NCBI GenBank assembly: GCA_004282895.1
Contig: SHLQ01000003.1
Location: 1 to 51,581 of the forward strand
Source of the DNA: Acidimicrobiales bacterium
GTDB taxonomy: Bacteria; Actinomycetota; Acidimicrobiia; Acidimicrobiales; SHLQ01
DNA: 51,581 bases
Direction of reading: 5' to 3'
The notes beneath the pieces were generated by a model, which was given only the letters and a program-made list of their open reading frames with translations, made no database searches and was not told the origin of the DNA. Positions 26,976 to 37,683 of the stretch are shown here, in pieces. Position 1 is the first letter of the stretch. Each line of letters begins with the position of its first letter. The position numbers and the translations under genes are program-made.

Positions 26976-28036
26976 CCCGGCTCGACCAGCTGCGGGAGTC
27001 GATGCAGGACGAGGGGTTCAACACGCTCGTGGTGCACGCTCGGAACAACGTTCGTTACCTCAGCGGATTCACCGGTTCCAACGGCACGCTGGTCGTCTCG
27101 GGCGCTGACTGCATTCTGGTCACCGACGCGCGTTATGCCATCCAGGCGCCACGTGAACTGGCGTCGGCCGGAATCGATGGTGAGGTGCGGCTTGGCAAGG
27201 GGGAAGGCCTGGCGGAGGTGCTCGAGGCAGCCGCCTCGGCGACCTCGCTGGGCTTCGAAGGGGCGCACGTCACGTGGAACCAGGCCAAAAGGCTTGAGGA
27301 CGCGTTTGAGGGCGAGGTGATCGCGACCACCGGTCTCGTCGAGGCACTTCGTGAGCGCAAGGACCCAGACGAGATCGCAGCCATGAGAAACGCCGCACGT
27401 ATCGCCGACACGGCGCTTGGCGAAGTCGTACCCCTGATCGCGGCGGGCAACAGCGAACGCCACATCGCCGCTGCGCTCGATGCCGCGGCGCGAGCCGGAG
27501 GTGCCGACGGATCCGCATTCGAGACCATCGTTGCCAGCGGGCCGAACGCCGCCCGGCCTCACCACCGCCCCTCCGATCGGGTGGTCGAGGATGGCGACCT
27601 GGTAATCATCGATTTTGGTGCACTCGCGCAGGGTTATCGCAGTGACATGACCCGGAGCTTCCTGATCGGTGGAGGTACGTCCCAGCAGCGTGAGATGTTG
27701 GACGCCGTGAGGATGGCTCAACAGGCCGGGGTCGACCGCTCCGGCCCGGGTGTTCCGGTGGCTGACGTTGACGCCGCGTGCCGCGAGGTGTTGGCGGCGG
27801 CGGATCTGGACGAGTGGTTCACCCACGGAACTGGACACGGCGTCGGGCTCGATATTCACGAAGCTCCATGGGTGAACGCGAGAGCCACTGCTACGCTCGC
27901 AGCCGGTCACGTCATCACTGTTGAACCTGGCGTGTACATCCCCGAGGTCGGGGGCGTGCGCTGGGAGGACACGATCGTGATCACCGAAGAGGGGAGCGAG
28001 TCTTTGACGAACTTCCCCAAATCTCCCCAGCGTTAA
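26972..28036 (+). CDS. Xaa-Pro aminopeptidase (M24 family)
   Basis: N.RYLSGFTGS, TD.RY, F.TIVASG, DFG..Y.SDMTR, HGTGHGVGLDIHEAP, TVEPG, R.ED. Confidence 0.95.
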   Translation: MTRLDQLRESMQDEGFNTLVVHARNNVRYLSGFTGSNGTLVVSGADCILVTDARYAIQAPRELASAGIDGEVRLGKGEGLAEVLEAAASATSLGFEGAHVTWNQAKRLEDAFEGEVIATTGLVEALRERKDPDEIAAMRNAARIADTALGEVVPLIAAGNSERHIAAALDAAARAGGADGSAFETIVASGPNAARPHHRPSDRVVEDGDLVIIDFGALAQGYRSDMTRSFLIGGGTSQQREMLDAVRMAQQAGVDRSGPGVPVADVDAACREVLAAADLDEWFTHGTGHGVGLDIHEAPWVNARATATLAAGHVITVEPGVYIPEVGGVRWEDTIVITEEGSESLTNFPKSPQR

Positions 28037-28048
28037 TCGGAGGACCCG

Positions 28049-28612
28049 ATGCCGACCATCACGACCAACGATCTCAAGAACGGAATGCACCTCGACCTCG
28101 ACGGTGACCTTGTGCAAGTGCAGGACTTTCAGCATGTGAAACCTGGCAAGGGGGGCGCCTTCGTGCGCACCACACTCAAGAACGTTCGCACCGGTTCCAC
28201 CGTCGACAAAACCTTCCGCGCCGGGGAAAAGGTGCAGCGAGCGATGGTCGACAAGCGCGACATGCAGTACCTGTACCGCGACGGGGAGGACTACGTGTTC
28301 ATGGACAACGAAACGTATGACCAGCGCCATGTCACCCCGACCACACTCGGTTCTTCGGCGGACTTCATCATCGAAGGTCGATCCGCGACCGTGCTGCTCT
28401 ACGGCGAGGAGATCATCGGCACGGATCTTCCCGCGTCGGTCGAGCTGACCATCGCCGAGACCGAACCCGGCCTGCAGGGCGACCGCTCTTCGGGCGGCAC
28501 CAAACCCGCCACGCTCGAAACCGGTCGACAGATCCAGGTTCCGTTGTTTGTGGTCACCGGCGAGGTCGTCAAGGTCGACACTCGCTCAGGCGAATACCTC
28601 TCACGAGCGTGA
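28049..28612 (+). CDS. efp: Elongation factor P
   Basis: [35 protein letters not shown]. Confidence 0.98.
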   Translation: MPTITTNDLKNGMHLDLDGDLVQVQDFQHVKPGKGGAFVRTTLKNVRTGSTVDKTFRAGEKVQRAMVDKRDMQYLYRDGEDYVFMDNETYDQRHVTPTTLGSSADFIIEGRSATVLLYGEEIIGTDLPASVELTIAETEPGLQGDRSSGGTKPATLETGRQIQVPLFVVTGEVVKVDTRSGEYLSRA

Positions 28613-29031
28613 GCAACAGCCCGCTTCAACTCAGTCGCCGCGAAGACCGGGAAGCGGCCCTGGCCCTTCTTTATGAAGCGGACATGACCGGCGACTCCAT
28701 CGAGTCAGTTCTCGAACGCCACGCTGTCGATCCGCACGAGTACTCGACGGTGATCGTTGCCGGCGTGGCTGCGATGCTCACACAGATCGATGCGGCCATC
28801 GATCAGGTCGCAGAGGACTGGGCGATCGACCGTATGCCGGGAATCGATCGGTCGATCCTGCGTATGTCCACGTACGAGCTGTTCGCAGAACCTGACGTCC
28901 CGGTGACCGCAGTGGTCTCGGAAGCGGTTGCCCTGGCCAACCAGTACTCAACCGAGAAGTCGGCGCCATTCGTGAACGGCGTCCTCGTGACACTCGGCGA
29001 CATCCTGCGACGAACGGACGAGAGCGAGTAA
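28609..29031 (+). CDS. nusB: Transcription antitermination factor NusB
   Basis: RR..RE.A...LYE, W...RM..IDRSILR, EAV.LA, FVNGVL. Confidence 0.95.
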   Translation: MSNSPLQLSRREDREAALALLYEADMTGDSIESVLERHAVDPHEYSTVIVAGVAAMLTQIDAAIDQVAEDWAIDRMPGIDRSILRMSTYELFAEPDVPVTAVVSEAVALANQYSTEKSAPFVNGVLVTLGDILRRTDESE

Positions 29032-29033
29032 TC

Positions 29034-29549
29034 CTGTCCAGCGAGTCGCCCGCTACCTATCTGCAGAGCCAGGGCCAGGATGTCCGCGGGTGGCGTCGGA
29101 GCGATGCCGCCGCACTCTCCGCCGCTTGGGCCGATTCGGACATCGCCCGGTTCAACGGCGTACCTCAAGATACGTCCGTCGCATTTGCGGAGCGGTGGAT
29201 TGCCGGGACCGCAACCCAGACGCTGCAGTCTGTGGTGATCGACCTTGTCATCGAAGACGACGGTGTGGTTGTGGGCGAGGTGGGGTTGCAGATCAACCGC
29301 GATCGGCGTATCGCCGAGGTCGGGTTCTGGGTCACGCAGGCGGCGCGTCGTACGGGCGTGGGGTCACGCCTGTTATTCGCAGCCGAGTCGTTGGCGAGCC
29401 CGGTTGGTGACGTCGACCTGTTCGCCATCACGTTGGCGGAGAATGTCGCCGCCATCGCGCTGTTGGAAGCACGGCGGTGGCCGGAGGTCGAGACGACGAC
29501 GGCGCACAAACGCGCCTTCAGATGGCGACCGAGCCGTCCACACACGTAA
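29034..29549 (+). CDS. GNAT (RimJ/RimL-like) acetyltransferase; start uncertain, possibly CTG
   Basis: VGEVGL, AEVGFWV, ARRTGVG, ENVAAIALLE; the frame stays open and RimJ-like upstream of the tracked GTG 29232. Confidence 0.7.
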   Translation: MSSESPATYLQSQGQDVRGWRRSDAAALSAAWADSDIARFNGVPQDTSVAFAERWIAGTATQTLQSVVIDLVIEDDGVVVGEVGLQINRDRRIAEVGFWVTQAARRTGVGSRLLFAAESLASPVGDVDLFAITLAENVAAIALLEARRWPEVETTTAHKRAFRWRPSRPHT

Positions 29550-30369
29550 CGGCGTCGCCACCAATCCAGATTTCGCCGTTGGCTTCCTCGACATGAACGC
29601 GGCCCTGACGCCCGAGCATCGTTCCCTGTGACGCAACGTATGGCGATGTCAGCGCTCCGCTGCTTAGCAACCATTGCGCCAACGCGGCATTCAAACTTCC
29701 CGTGACCGGATCCTCCGTTCCCTGGCCGCCAGCCCGGAAGAAGGCCCGTACTTCGATCGCGCAGTCGTCGGAACGGGAACCGACGACTCCAACCTTCACG
29801 GGGCCAGCGACGCCGATGTCGTACGCGTCGGCGGCGCCGAAGTCCGGCTCGAGCGCGCGAACAGCATCCGCATCGGCCAGCATGACCGCGATCCACCCCG
29901 GGCCGTTGTCCGCCCACTGTGAATCCACGATGTCTTCGGGGGTGATCTGAAGCACGGCGCACACGGCTGCAAGATCCTCCGCGGCAACAGGACCGCTTCG
30001 AATCAGCGGTGGGGCAGCGAATGCCAGCCGACCGTCGTTCTGGCGAAGTGTGACCAGCCCAACACCACATTGCTGTTTCACGATGTTTTCGGTCTTGGGG
30101 ACACCGCCGGCTTCGAGCCAGGCGTGGCACGTGCCGATCGTGGGATGTCCGGCAAAGGGCAACTCAACACCCGGAGTGAAGATTCGCACGCGGTAGTCGG
30201 CGGCCGGATCCGAGGGTGACAACACAAACGTCGTCTCCGACAGATTGGTCCAGTGGGCGAACCGCTGCATCTCTTCGGTGGTGAGATCGTCCGCACCGAA
30301 CACCACGGCAACGGGGTTGCCGCGATACGGCGTCGCGGTGAATACATCGACTTGTTTGAACGGTCTCAT
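29518..30369 (-). CDS. PhzF family isomerase
   Basis: QVDVF..GNP.AVV, NLSETTF, RIFTP..ELPFAGHPTIG, EDPVTGS, QG..LGR. Confidence 0.95.
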   Translation of the reverse strand: MRPFKQVDVFTATPYRGNPVAVVFGADDLTTEEMQRFAHWTNLSETTFVLSPSDPAADYRVRIFTPGVELPFAGHPTIGTCHAWLEAGGVPKTENIVKQQCGVGLVTLRQNDGRLAFAAPPLIRSGPVAAEDLAAVCAVLQITPEDIVDSQWADNGPGWIAVMLADADAVRALEPDFGAADAYDIGVAGPVKVGVVGSRSDDCAIEVRAFFRAGGQGTEDPVTGSLNAALAQWLLSSGALTSPYVASQGTMLGRQGRVHVEEANGEIWIGGDAVTCVDGSVAI

Positions 30370-30455
30370 GGCCCCTCACGCTAACCACGACCCCCGATCT
30401 GGTCGACGTCGCCGAAAAGATCTGCGCGAACCGCGCGTGCACAGAGAACCCGCGC

Positions 30456-30510
30456 TACGTTCAACCCCAGTCCGTGAAGCGGGTCCCGTGAGGCCCGAAC
30501 GGCAGGAGGA
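30456..30510 (+). promoter_or_regulatory. pyr operon -10 box and PyrR-binding RNA hairpin next to the SD
   Basis: TACGTT at 30456-30461; CCGT-GAAG-CGGG-TCCCGTGAGG-CCCG-AACGG contains the UCCNGNGAGG PyrR loop consensus; AGGAGG follows. Confidence 0.8.
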
Positions 30511-30515
30511 TCCAC

Positions 30516-31088
30516 GTGATAGCTGAGCCCCGGCTCACCCGAGCGAGCACAGGCCGCTTCGAGGCCCGCACGCAGGTTCTGACTTCCGATGATGTCGCTC
30601 GAGCGACCCGGCGGATGGCCCATGAGATCCTGGAGCGCAACCACGGGCTCACCGATGTCGTGCTCATCGGACTCGAACGAGGCGGCGTGCCTATCGCGCA
30701 GGCATTGGCCGAAGCACTGCAATCCATCGAAGACGTCGAGGTTCCCGTCGGTTCGGTCGATGTCTCGTTCTACCGAGACGACATCGGATCGGTCGCGCTA
30801 CTCCCAGAAGTGACGAAGATCGACTTTCCTGTCGACAACCGCGACGTGATCCTTTGCGACGACGTGCTCTATACCGGCCGAACCGTACGCGCCGCACTCG
30901 ATGCGGTCACCGACTTCGGTCGCCCGAGCAGCATCCAGCTGGCGGTCATGGTCGACCGCGGGCATCGCGAGTTGCCGATCCGACCCGACTACATCGGCAA
31001 GAACCTCCCGACCAGCAGGGGCGAGATGGTCCGGGTCTCACCCGATGGGGTGGATCTCGGTGTGGTTGTCCCGGAGGAGGCGGAGTGA
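30516..31088 (+). CDS. pyrR: Pyrimidine operon regulator / UPRTase PyrR
   Basis: RMAHEILERN, FYRDD, DDVLYTGRTVRAALDA, DRGHRELPIRPDY.GKNLPT. Confidence 0.97.
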   Translation: MIAEPRLTRASTGRFEARTQVLTSDDVARATRRMAHEILERNHGLTDVVLIGLERGGVPIAQALAEALQSIEDVEVPVGSVDVSFYRDDIGSVALLPEVTKIDFPVDNRDVILCDDVLYTGRTVRAALDAVTDFGRPSSIQLAVMVDRGHRELPIRPDYIGKNLPTSRGEMVRVSPDGVDLGVVVPEEAE

Positions 31089-32014
31089 AGGACCTCCTCA
31101 CCATCGACCAGCTGGGCGCGGATGGCATCGGAGAGATCATGATCGCCGCCGACAGCTTCGCCGAGGTATGCCAGCGGCCGGTGCCGAAGGTGCCGGCCCT
31201 TCGAGGCAAGACGATCGCGTCCATGTTCTTCGAGGACTCCACCCGCACCCGGAACTCCTTCGACACTGCAGCAAAGCGGCTCTCGGCCGACACCATGAAC
31301 TTCAGCGCGAGCTCGTCATCGGTGAGCAAGGGCGAATCGCTGCGAGACACCGTCGAGACGATCGAGGCGATGGGGGTTGACGCCATCATCGTGCGCCACA
31401 AATCCTCGGGCGCACCACAACAAATCGCGCGATGGGCCCAAGCATCGGTCATCAACGCCGGCGACGGTTGGCATGCCCACCCGACCCAGGCGCTGCTCGA
31501 CGTCTACACCGTGCGCCAGGAGGGTCGCAGCTTCGAGGGTATGAAGGTGGCGATCGTTGGGGACATCAGTCACTCACGGGTCGCCCGAAGCAACATCGAG
31601 GCCTTTCGCACGCTCGGCGCGGACGTCACCCTGGTGGCGCCACCGACGCTGTTGCCGCCATTCGCTGAGTCACTTGGCGCCACGGTTTCACACGATCTCG
31701 ATTCCGTTCTTGGTGACACCGACGTGTTGTACCTGCTTCGGATGCAGAGCGAACGGATGAATCAGGCGCTCGTGCCATCTCTCGGCGAGTATCACCGGAC
31801 ATTCGGGCTGACACGCGATCGGGCCCGACAGCTTCCGGCCAACTCGCTGATTATGCACCCCGGCCCGATGAATCGGGGGATCGAGATCTCCCCCGAGGTT
31901 GTGGATGATCCTCGGGTCCGGGTTCTGAACCAGGTCACCAACGGTGTGGTCGTTCGGATGGCGGTGCTGTACCTCGTGTTGAGCTCCGCGGCGGCTGAGC
32001 GGAGCGGCGAATGA
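31085..32014 (+). CDS. pyrB: Aspartate carbamoyltransferase catalytic subunit
   Basis: FFEDSTRT, SKGESL.DT, NAGDG.H.HPTQALLD, HPGPMNRG.EI; start at GTG 31085. Confidence 0.97.
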   Translation: MKDLLTIDQLGADGIGEIMIAADSFAEVCQRPVPKVPALRGKTIASMFFEDSTRTRNSFDTAAKRLSADTMNFSASSSSVSKGESLRDTVETIEAMGVDAIIVRHKSSGAPQQIARWAQASVINAGDGWHAHPTQALLDVYTVRQEGRSFEGMKVAIVGDISHSRVARSNIEAFRTLGADVTLVAPPTLLPPFAESLGATVSHDLDSVLGDTDVLYLLRMQSERMNQALVPSLGEYHRTFGLTRDRARQLPANSLIMHPGPMNRGIEISPEVVDDPRVRVLNQVTNGVVVRMAVLYLVLSSAAAERSGE

Positions 32015-33318
32015 GCACAACGCAGATTCTTCGGGGCGGAACCGTCACCGATCAGCGGGGAACCCGTCGCGCGGACGTGGCGTGGGTTGACGGCGTGATC
32101 ACCGACGTTGCCGATTCGATCGACCCTCCTGTTGGCTCCGAGATTCTCGACGCGAGCGACGCGATCGTCATGCCCGGCCTCGTCGACCTGCACGCCCACC
32201 TGCGGGAGCCGGGCCAAGAGGAAGCAGAGACGATTGAGACCGGCGCTCGGGGCGCTGCCCTGGGCGGATTCACCGCGGTCGTCGCCATGCCCAACACGAC
32301 ACCAACGATGGATCACCCGTCGGTCGTACGCGACGTTCTTGCGATCGCCGAGGGTGCCTCGTGTGAGGTTGTTCCTTCGGCCGCAATGACGGTGGGCCGG
32401 GAGGGGAAGCTGCTCAGCCCCATGGGCGAGCTGGCATCCATGGGCGTGCGCATCTTCACCGACGACGGGGACGGTGTGCAGGACGCCGCACTGATGCTGC
32501 GGATCATGGAATACGCCAGCGGATTGGCGGCGGTGACCGGAGGCCAACCGATCGTTCTGGCTCAGCACTGCGAGGTTGCGTCACTCTCCGCCGGTGGCCA
32601 CATGCACGAAGGGGAGTGGTCCGGTCGCCTCGGGATGGGCGGGCAGCCATCGGAGGCGGAGACCCTCATGATCGTGCGCGACATCATGTTGTCCCGTCGC
32701 ACCGGTGCGCACATCCACATGCAGCATGTGTCGACCGCCGAAGGGGTCGAGTTGATTCGCCACGCGAAGGCCGATGGCGTCCGGATCACTTCGGAAGCCA
32801 CGACCCACCACTTCACACTTACCGACGAGAACTGCGCCACCTACGACCCGGTCTTCAAGGTGCATCCGCCGCTACGCACGGCGGCGGACGTCGCTGCGAT
32901 CAAAGCAGGACTTGCTGACGGAACGATTGACGCCATCGCCACCGACCACGCACCCCACGAGCCCCACACGAAGGAATTTCCCTTCGATCAGGCGCCCCCC
33001 GGAATGCTCGGCCTGGAAACGGCGCTGTCCCTCGCGACGGCCGAACTTGAACTCGACATGGCGACGATCGCGGCGCTCATGAGCTGGAAGCCCGCGGCGA
33101 TCGCCGGAATCGGGGATCGTCACGGCCGTCCGATCGAACCAGGGGAACCCGCCAACCTGTGTGTCTTCGATCCCTCGGAACGGTGGACCATCTCGGGTAC
33201 CGAGATGGCCAGTCGAAGTCAGAACAGTCCATACACGGGGCGCGAAGCCACCGGCCGCGTTCGTCACACCATCTTCAACGGCGATGCCGTTGTCCTCGGA
33301 GGGGAAGCCACACGATGA
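32011..33318 (+). CDS. pyrC: Dihydroorotase (type I)
   Basis: DLHAHLREPG, MPNT, K..PPLR, ATDHAPH. Confidence 0.96.
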   Translation: MSTTQILRGGTVTDQRGTRRADVAWVDGVITDVADSIDPPVGSEILDASDAIVMPGLVDLHAHLREPGQEEAETIETGARGAALGGFTAVVAMPNTTPTMDHPSVVRDVLAIAEGASCEVVPSAAMTVGREGKLLSPMGELASMGVRIFTDDGDGVQDAALMLRIMEYASGLAAVTGGQPIVLAQHCEVASLSAGGHMHEGEWSGRLGMGGQPSEAETLMIVRDIMLSRRTGAHIHMQHVSTAEGVELIRHAKADGVRITSEATTHHFTLTDENCATYDPVFKVHPPLRTAADVAAIKAGLADGTIDAIATDHAPHEPHTKEFPFDQAPPGMLGLETALSLATAELELDMATIAALMSWKPAAIAGIGDRHGRPIEPGEPANLCVFDPSERWTISGTEMASRSQNSPYTGREATGRVRHTIFNGDAVVLGGEATR

Positions 33319-34409
33319 GTCCGTTTGTTGAAGCCGCGCTCGTATTACGCGACGGCACGCTGTTCGAAGGAGAGGCAATCGGCGCCACTCCGCCCGATGG
33401 GATCAGCAGCGGGGAGGTCGTGTTCAACACGGTCATGACCGGGTATCAGGAGGTGATCACCGACCCGTCCTACGCTGGTCAGATAATCACGTTTACGTAC
33501 CCACATATTGGCAACTACGGGGTGAATGAAACCGACTACGAGTCCCGCGGCACCTTCTGTCGAGGGGTCATCATCCGTGACCCGTCACGTATCTCGAGCA
33601 ATTTCCGCAGCGAACGGGACTTCAACGACTTCCTCATCCATCACAATCTGGCCGGTCTGGCCGGGGTCGACACCCGTCGTTTGACGAGACACATTCGTGA
33701 CCTTGGGGCCATGACGGGCGCGTTCGGAACCGCGGATGAAACCGCGCTGCGCACGGCGGCGGAAGCCGAGCCGGGCACGGACGGTGTCGATCTCGTGGCC
33801 ACCGTGACCTGTGATGAGCCCTACACGGTGACCGGAACCGGGCCTCGCCGGATTGTCGCGATGGATTTCGGTATCAAGAAGTCCATCCTCACGCAGCTTG
33901 CAGCAGTCGGCACGGTGGATGTGGTCCCGGCCTCCACGTCGGCCGACGATGTACTCGCCCAGAAACCCGATGGTGTCTTTCTGTCCAACGGGCCCGGTGA
34001 TCCCGACGAGCTGCCCCACCTGCGCGAGACGATCGACCAGCTTCTCGGGGAGGTGCCAATCTTCGGCATCTGCCTCGGCCATCAGCTGCTGGCCGCGACA
34101 CTCGGCGCCAAGATCTTCAAGTTGCCGTTCGGGCATCACGGTGGGAACCAGCCAGTACAACGGCTGGCCGATGGTCGGGTGGAGATCACCTCCCAGAACC
34201 ACAACTTCGCCGTGGATGCAGCGACGTTGGTCGACGCCAAACTCACCCACGTCAACCTCAACGACAACACCGTCCAGGGCATCACCTCGACCTCGGTACC
34301 GGCGTTCAGCGTGCAGTACCACCCCGAGGCCGGCCCCGGCCCCCACGACAGCAGATACCTGTTCGCCGAGTTCGAACAGTTGATGGAGGATTTCCATGCC
34401 AAAGCGTGA
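33315..34409 (+). CDS. carA: Carbamoyl-phosphate synthase small subunit
   Basis: GEVVFNT.MTGYQE..TDPSY, SNGPGDP, GICLGHQ, QNH, VQYHPEA; start at ATG 33315. Confidence 0.98.
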   Translation: MSPFVEAALVLRDGTLFEGEAIGATPPDGISSGEVVFNTVMTGYQEVITDPSYAGQIITFTYPHIGNYGVNETDYESRGTFCRGVIIRDPSRISSNFRSERDFNDFLIHHNLAGLAGVDTRRLTRHIRDLGAMTGAFGTADETALRTAAEAEPGTDGVDLVATVTCDEPYTVTGTGPRRIVAMDFGIKKSILTQLAAVGTVDVVPASTSADDVLAQKPDGVFLSNGPGDPDELPHLRETIDQLLGEVPIFGICLGHQLLAATLGAKIFKLPFGHHGGNQPVQRLADGRVEITSQNHNFAVDAATLVDAKLTHVNLNDNTVQGITSTSVPAFSVQYHPEAGPGPHDSRYLFAEFEQLMEDFHAKA

Positions 34410-37400
34410 CGACCTGCACTCGATTCTGGTCATCGGATCGGGCCCGATTGTCATCGGCCAGGCCTGTGAGTTCGACTACTCCGGGACCCAGGCCTGTCGC
34501 GTGCTACGCGACGAGGGATACCGGGTCATTCTTGCCAACTCGAACCCTGCGACGATCATGACCGACCCCGACTTCGCCGACGCCACGTACATCGAACCGC
34601 TCACACGCGAGGTGCTCGAGGCGATCATCGAAGTGGAGCGGCCCGACGCCCTGCTTCCAACCCTCGGTGGCCAAACCGCATTGAACCTCGCCATGGAACT
34701 TGTCGAGGCCGGCTCACTCGATCGGCTGGGGGTCGAGCTCATTGGCGCCGATGCCAAGGCCATCGCCACCGCGGAGGACCGAGACCTGTTCAAGGAAGCG
34801 ATGCTCGAGATCGGACTCGAGGTCCCGCGATCCGGCGTGGCGCACAACTTGGAAGAAGCGCGGGTGGTGCTGGAGGAGATCGGGTTGCCGATCATCATCC
34901 GCCCGGCGTACATCCTCGGTGGCAAGGGCACCGGCATGGCCGCGACACCCGAGGAGTTCGAAAAGGTTGCTGCCAACGGCTTGGAAGCGAGTCCAATCTC
35001 GGAGATTCTCATCGAGGAGTCGATCGCAGGCTGGAAGGAATACGAACTCGAGGTGATGCGCGACCACCAGGACAACCAGGTGGTGGTGTGCTCCATCGAG
35101 AACGTTGACCCGATGGGTGTACACACCGGCGACTCCATCACGGTCGCACCGGTACAAACACTCAGCGATGTCGAGTTGCAGCTCATGCGCGACACCGCGT
35201 TTGCCGTCATGCGGCGCGTGGGCGTGGAGACCGGGGGATCGAACGTGCAGTTCGCCGTCGATCCGGCCGATGGACGCCAGGTGGTCATCGAGATGAACCC
35301 GCGTGTCTCCCGGTCGTCGGCGTTGGCATCGAAGGCGACGGGTTTCCCCATCGCCAAGATCGCCGCTCGCCTCGCCGTTGGGTACACCCTCGACGAGATC
35401 CCGAACGACATCACCAAGAAGACCCCCGCAAGCTTCGAACCAACGATCGACTACGTCGTCACGAAGATTCCCCGCTGGGCGTTCGAGAAGTTCCCCGGCA
35501 CGGCCGGTGTTCTCGGCACGGCCATGCAGTCGGTTGGTGAAGCCATGGCCATCGGACGGACGTTCCCGGAGTCCCTGCAGAAGGGGCTGCGCAGTCTCGA
35601 GTTGGGTCGACATGGCCTCAACTGCGACCCCGCGGAGGCCCATTACGACGAGCTCGACGATGCCGAGCTCCTTCGCCAGGCGGATATCCCGACGCCCGAG
35701 CGGATCTTCCAACTCGAGGCGTGCCTGCGGCGGGGAATGAGCGTCGAGACCGTACACGACGCAACCAAGGTGGATCGCTGGTTCCTCGATCAGATGAGCC
35801 GCGTCACGGAGGAGCGGGCCGCACTCGCCGAGGCCGGGTTCGAGGGGATGACCCCACGCTGGTGGAAACGCGTCAAGCAGCTTGGCTTCAGCGACGCTCA
35901 GCTGGCCTACCTCTGGGAAATGGACGAGTCGGCGGTACGAGCCGCACGCAAGGAGGCAGGGGTCGAGCCGACGTACAAAACGGTTGACACCTGTGGGGCA
36001 GAGTTCGCCGCCGAAACGCCGTATCACTACTCGACCTGGGAGGACACGACCGAGGTCGGCGACTCCGACCGGCCGAAGGTCATGATCCTCGGCTCTGGTC
36101 CCAATCGCATCGGGCAGGGTATCGAATTCGACTACTGCTGCGTCCACGCGAGTTTTGCGCTCAGCGAGGCGGGCTACGAGACCATCATGGTCAACTGCAA
36201 CCCGGAGACGGTCTCCACGGACTACGACACGAGCGATCGTCTCTACTTCGAGCCGCTCACGCTCGAAGATGTGTCGAACATCATCGAAGCCGAACAACCC
36301 GCTGGCATCATCGTCTCCCTTGGCGGGCAGACCCCGTTGAAGCTTGCCAACGACCTCCCACCCGAGCTCATCGCGGGCACGCCGCCGGCATCGATCGATC
36401 TTGCGGAGGACAGGGAGCAGTGGAATGCCCTCTGCGAACGGATGGGAATTCCCCAACCTCCGGGCGGCACTGCGAGCACCGCAGAGGAAGCACTCTCGAT
36501 CATCGGATCGATCGGGTACCCCGCCCTCGTACGGCCGTCCTACGTCCTGGGTGGTCGGGCGATGGAGATCGTGTACGACGACGAGGGTCTCACCACGGCC
36601 ATGAAACAACTCGCGACATTCGGTTCGCTCGGTCGAGAAGGCGGGCTGTCGGCGGAGCGTCCCGTGCTGATCGACCGTTTCCTCGAGGACGCGACCGAGG
36701 TGGACGTGGACGCCATCCGCGACAAAACCGGGGCGGTCCTTATTGGTGCGGTCATGGAACATGTCGAGGAAGCCGGCGTACACAGCGGCGACAGCGCCTG
36801 TGTCATCCCACCGCCGAACCTCTCCATGGCAACGATCGCAGAACTCGAACGGCATGCGACCAACATTGCGACCGAGCTGGACGTGGTCGGCCTGATCAAC
36901 GTGCAGTTCGCGGTGAAGGGTGGTGAGGTCTACGTGATCGAGGCGAACCCCCGGGCCTCGCGTACGGTGCCGTTCGTCGCGAAGGCAACCGGGGTGGCGC
37001 TCGCAAAGATCGCCGCCCGGGTGATGATGGGGGAGACGATCTCGGAGCTACGAGAAATCGGGCTCGTGCATCCGCCTGTCACCGGACATGTGGCGATCAA
37101 AGAGGCGGTGTTGCCGTTCAACCGCTTCCCGGATGCGGATCCACTCCTTGGCCCCGAGATGCGATCCACCGGCGAGGTCATGGGTATCGACTCGACCACC
37201 GGGCTCGCATTCACGAAGAGTCAGATGGCCGCCGGAGGAACACTTCCGGAGGGTGGAACCGTCTTCCTCAGCCTGGCCGACCGAGACAAGGTGGTTGGTA
37301 TCGAGGCGGCCCGTCGGTTTGTCGCTCTCGGCTTCAACGTCATCGCCACTGCGGGTACGTCCGCCGCCCTCGAGCGGGCTGGCGTGAAAGTTGGCCGACT

Positions 37401-37683
37401 GGTGGCAAAGGTGACGAACGACGGGCTTGGCCGCGACATCGATGAGCTCACGGCAGTCGACCTCATCGCGTCGGGAGACATCCAGCTGGTTGTGAACAGC
37501 CCGCGCGGGCGCGGTCCCCGTGCGGATGGTGCGTACATCCGCGCCGCAGCCGGATCGGCCGGAATTCCTCTCCTCACGACCGGCTCCGCCGCCTTGGCCG
37601 CCGCTCGCGGGATGGAGGACTGGCTGGCAACACCGCTGCAGGTGCGGTCGTTGCAGAGTTATCACCGGGGCGCCGTCGTCTGA
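34396..37683 (+). CDS. carB: Carbamoyl-phosphate synthase large subunit
   Basis: [23 protein letters not shown], two ATP-grasp repeats, C-terminal MGS domain. Confidence 0.99.
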   Translation: MPKRDDLHSILVIGSGPIVIGQACEFDYSGTQACRVLRDEGYRVILANSNPATIMTDPDFADATYIEPLTREVLEAIIEVERPDALLPTLGGQTALNLAMELVEAGSLDRLGVELIGADAKAIATAEDRDLFKEAMLEIGLEVPRSGVAHNLEEARVVLEEIGLPIIIRPAYILGGKGTGMAATPEEFEKVAANGLEASPISEILIEESIAGWKEYELEVMRDHQDNQVVVCSIENVDPMGVHTGDSITVAPVQTLSDVELQLMRDTAFAVMRRVGVETGGSNVQFAVDPADGRQVVIEMNPRVSRSSALASKATGFPIAKIAARLAVGYTLDEIPNDITKKTPASFEPTIDYVVTKIPRWAFEKFPGTAGVLGTAMQSVGEAMAIGRTFPESLQKGLRSLELGRHGLNCDPAEAHYDELDDAELLRQADIPTPERIFQLEACLRRGMSVETVHDATKVDRWFLDQMSRVTEERAALAEAGFEGMTPRWWKRVKQLGFSDAQLAYLWEMDESAVRAARKEAGVEPTYKTVDTCGAEFAAETPYHYSTWEDTTEVGDSDRPKVMILGSGPNRIGQGIEFDYCCVHASFALSEAGYETIMVNCNPETVSTDYDTSDRLYFEPLTLEDVSNIIEAEQPAGIIVSLGGQTPLKLANDLPPELIAGTPPASIDLAEDREQWNALCERMGIPQPPGGTASTAEEALSIIGSIGYPALVRPSYVLGGRAMEIVYDDEGLTTAMKQLATFGSLGREGGLSAERPVLIDRFLEDATEVDVDAIRDKTGAVLIGAVMEHVEEAGVHSGDSACVIPPPNLSMATIAELERHATNIATELDVVGLINVQFAVKGGEVYVIEANPRASRTVPFVAKATGVALAKIAARVMMGETISELREIGLVHPPVTGHVAIKEAVLPFNRFPDADPLLGPEMRSTGEVMGIDSTTGLAFTKSQMAAGGTLPEGGTVFLSLADRDKVVGIEAARRFVALGFNVIATAGTSAALERAGVKVGRLVAKVTNDGLGRDIDELTAVDLIASGDIQLVVNSPRGRGPRADGAYIRAAAGSAGIPLLTTGSAALAAARGMEDWLATPLQVRSLQSYHRGAVV

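Noticed and set aside
29518-30369. Phenazine biosynthesis inferred from the PhzF-family gene
   Set aside because: No other phz genes are present; solitary PhzF-like proteins are widespread.
34714-36855. Long antisense ORFs (e.g. 713 aa opposite carB; also opposite ruvB, rarA, the Xaa-Pro peptidase, priA, rsmB)
   Set aside because: Shadow frames expected in high-GC coding DNA; they overlap well-supported genes and show no recognisable motifs.
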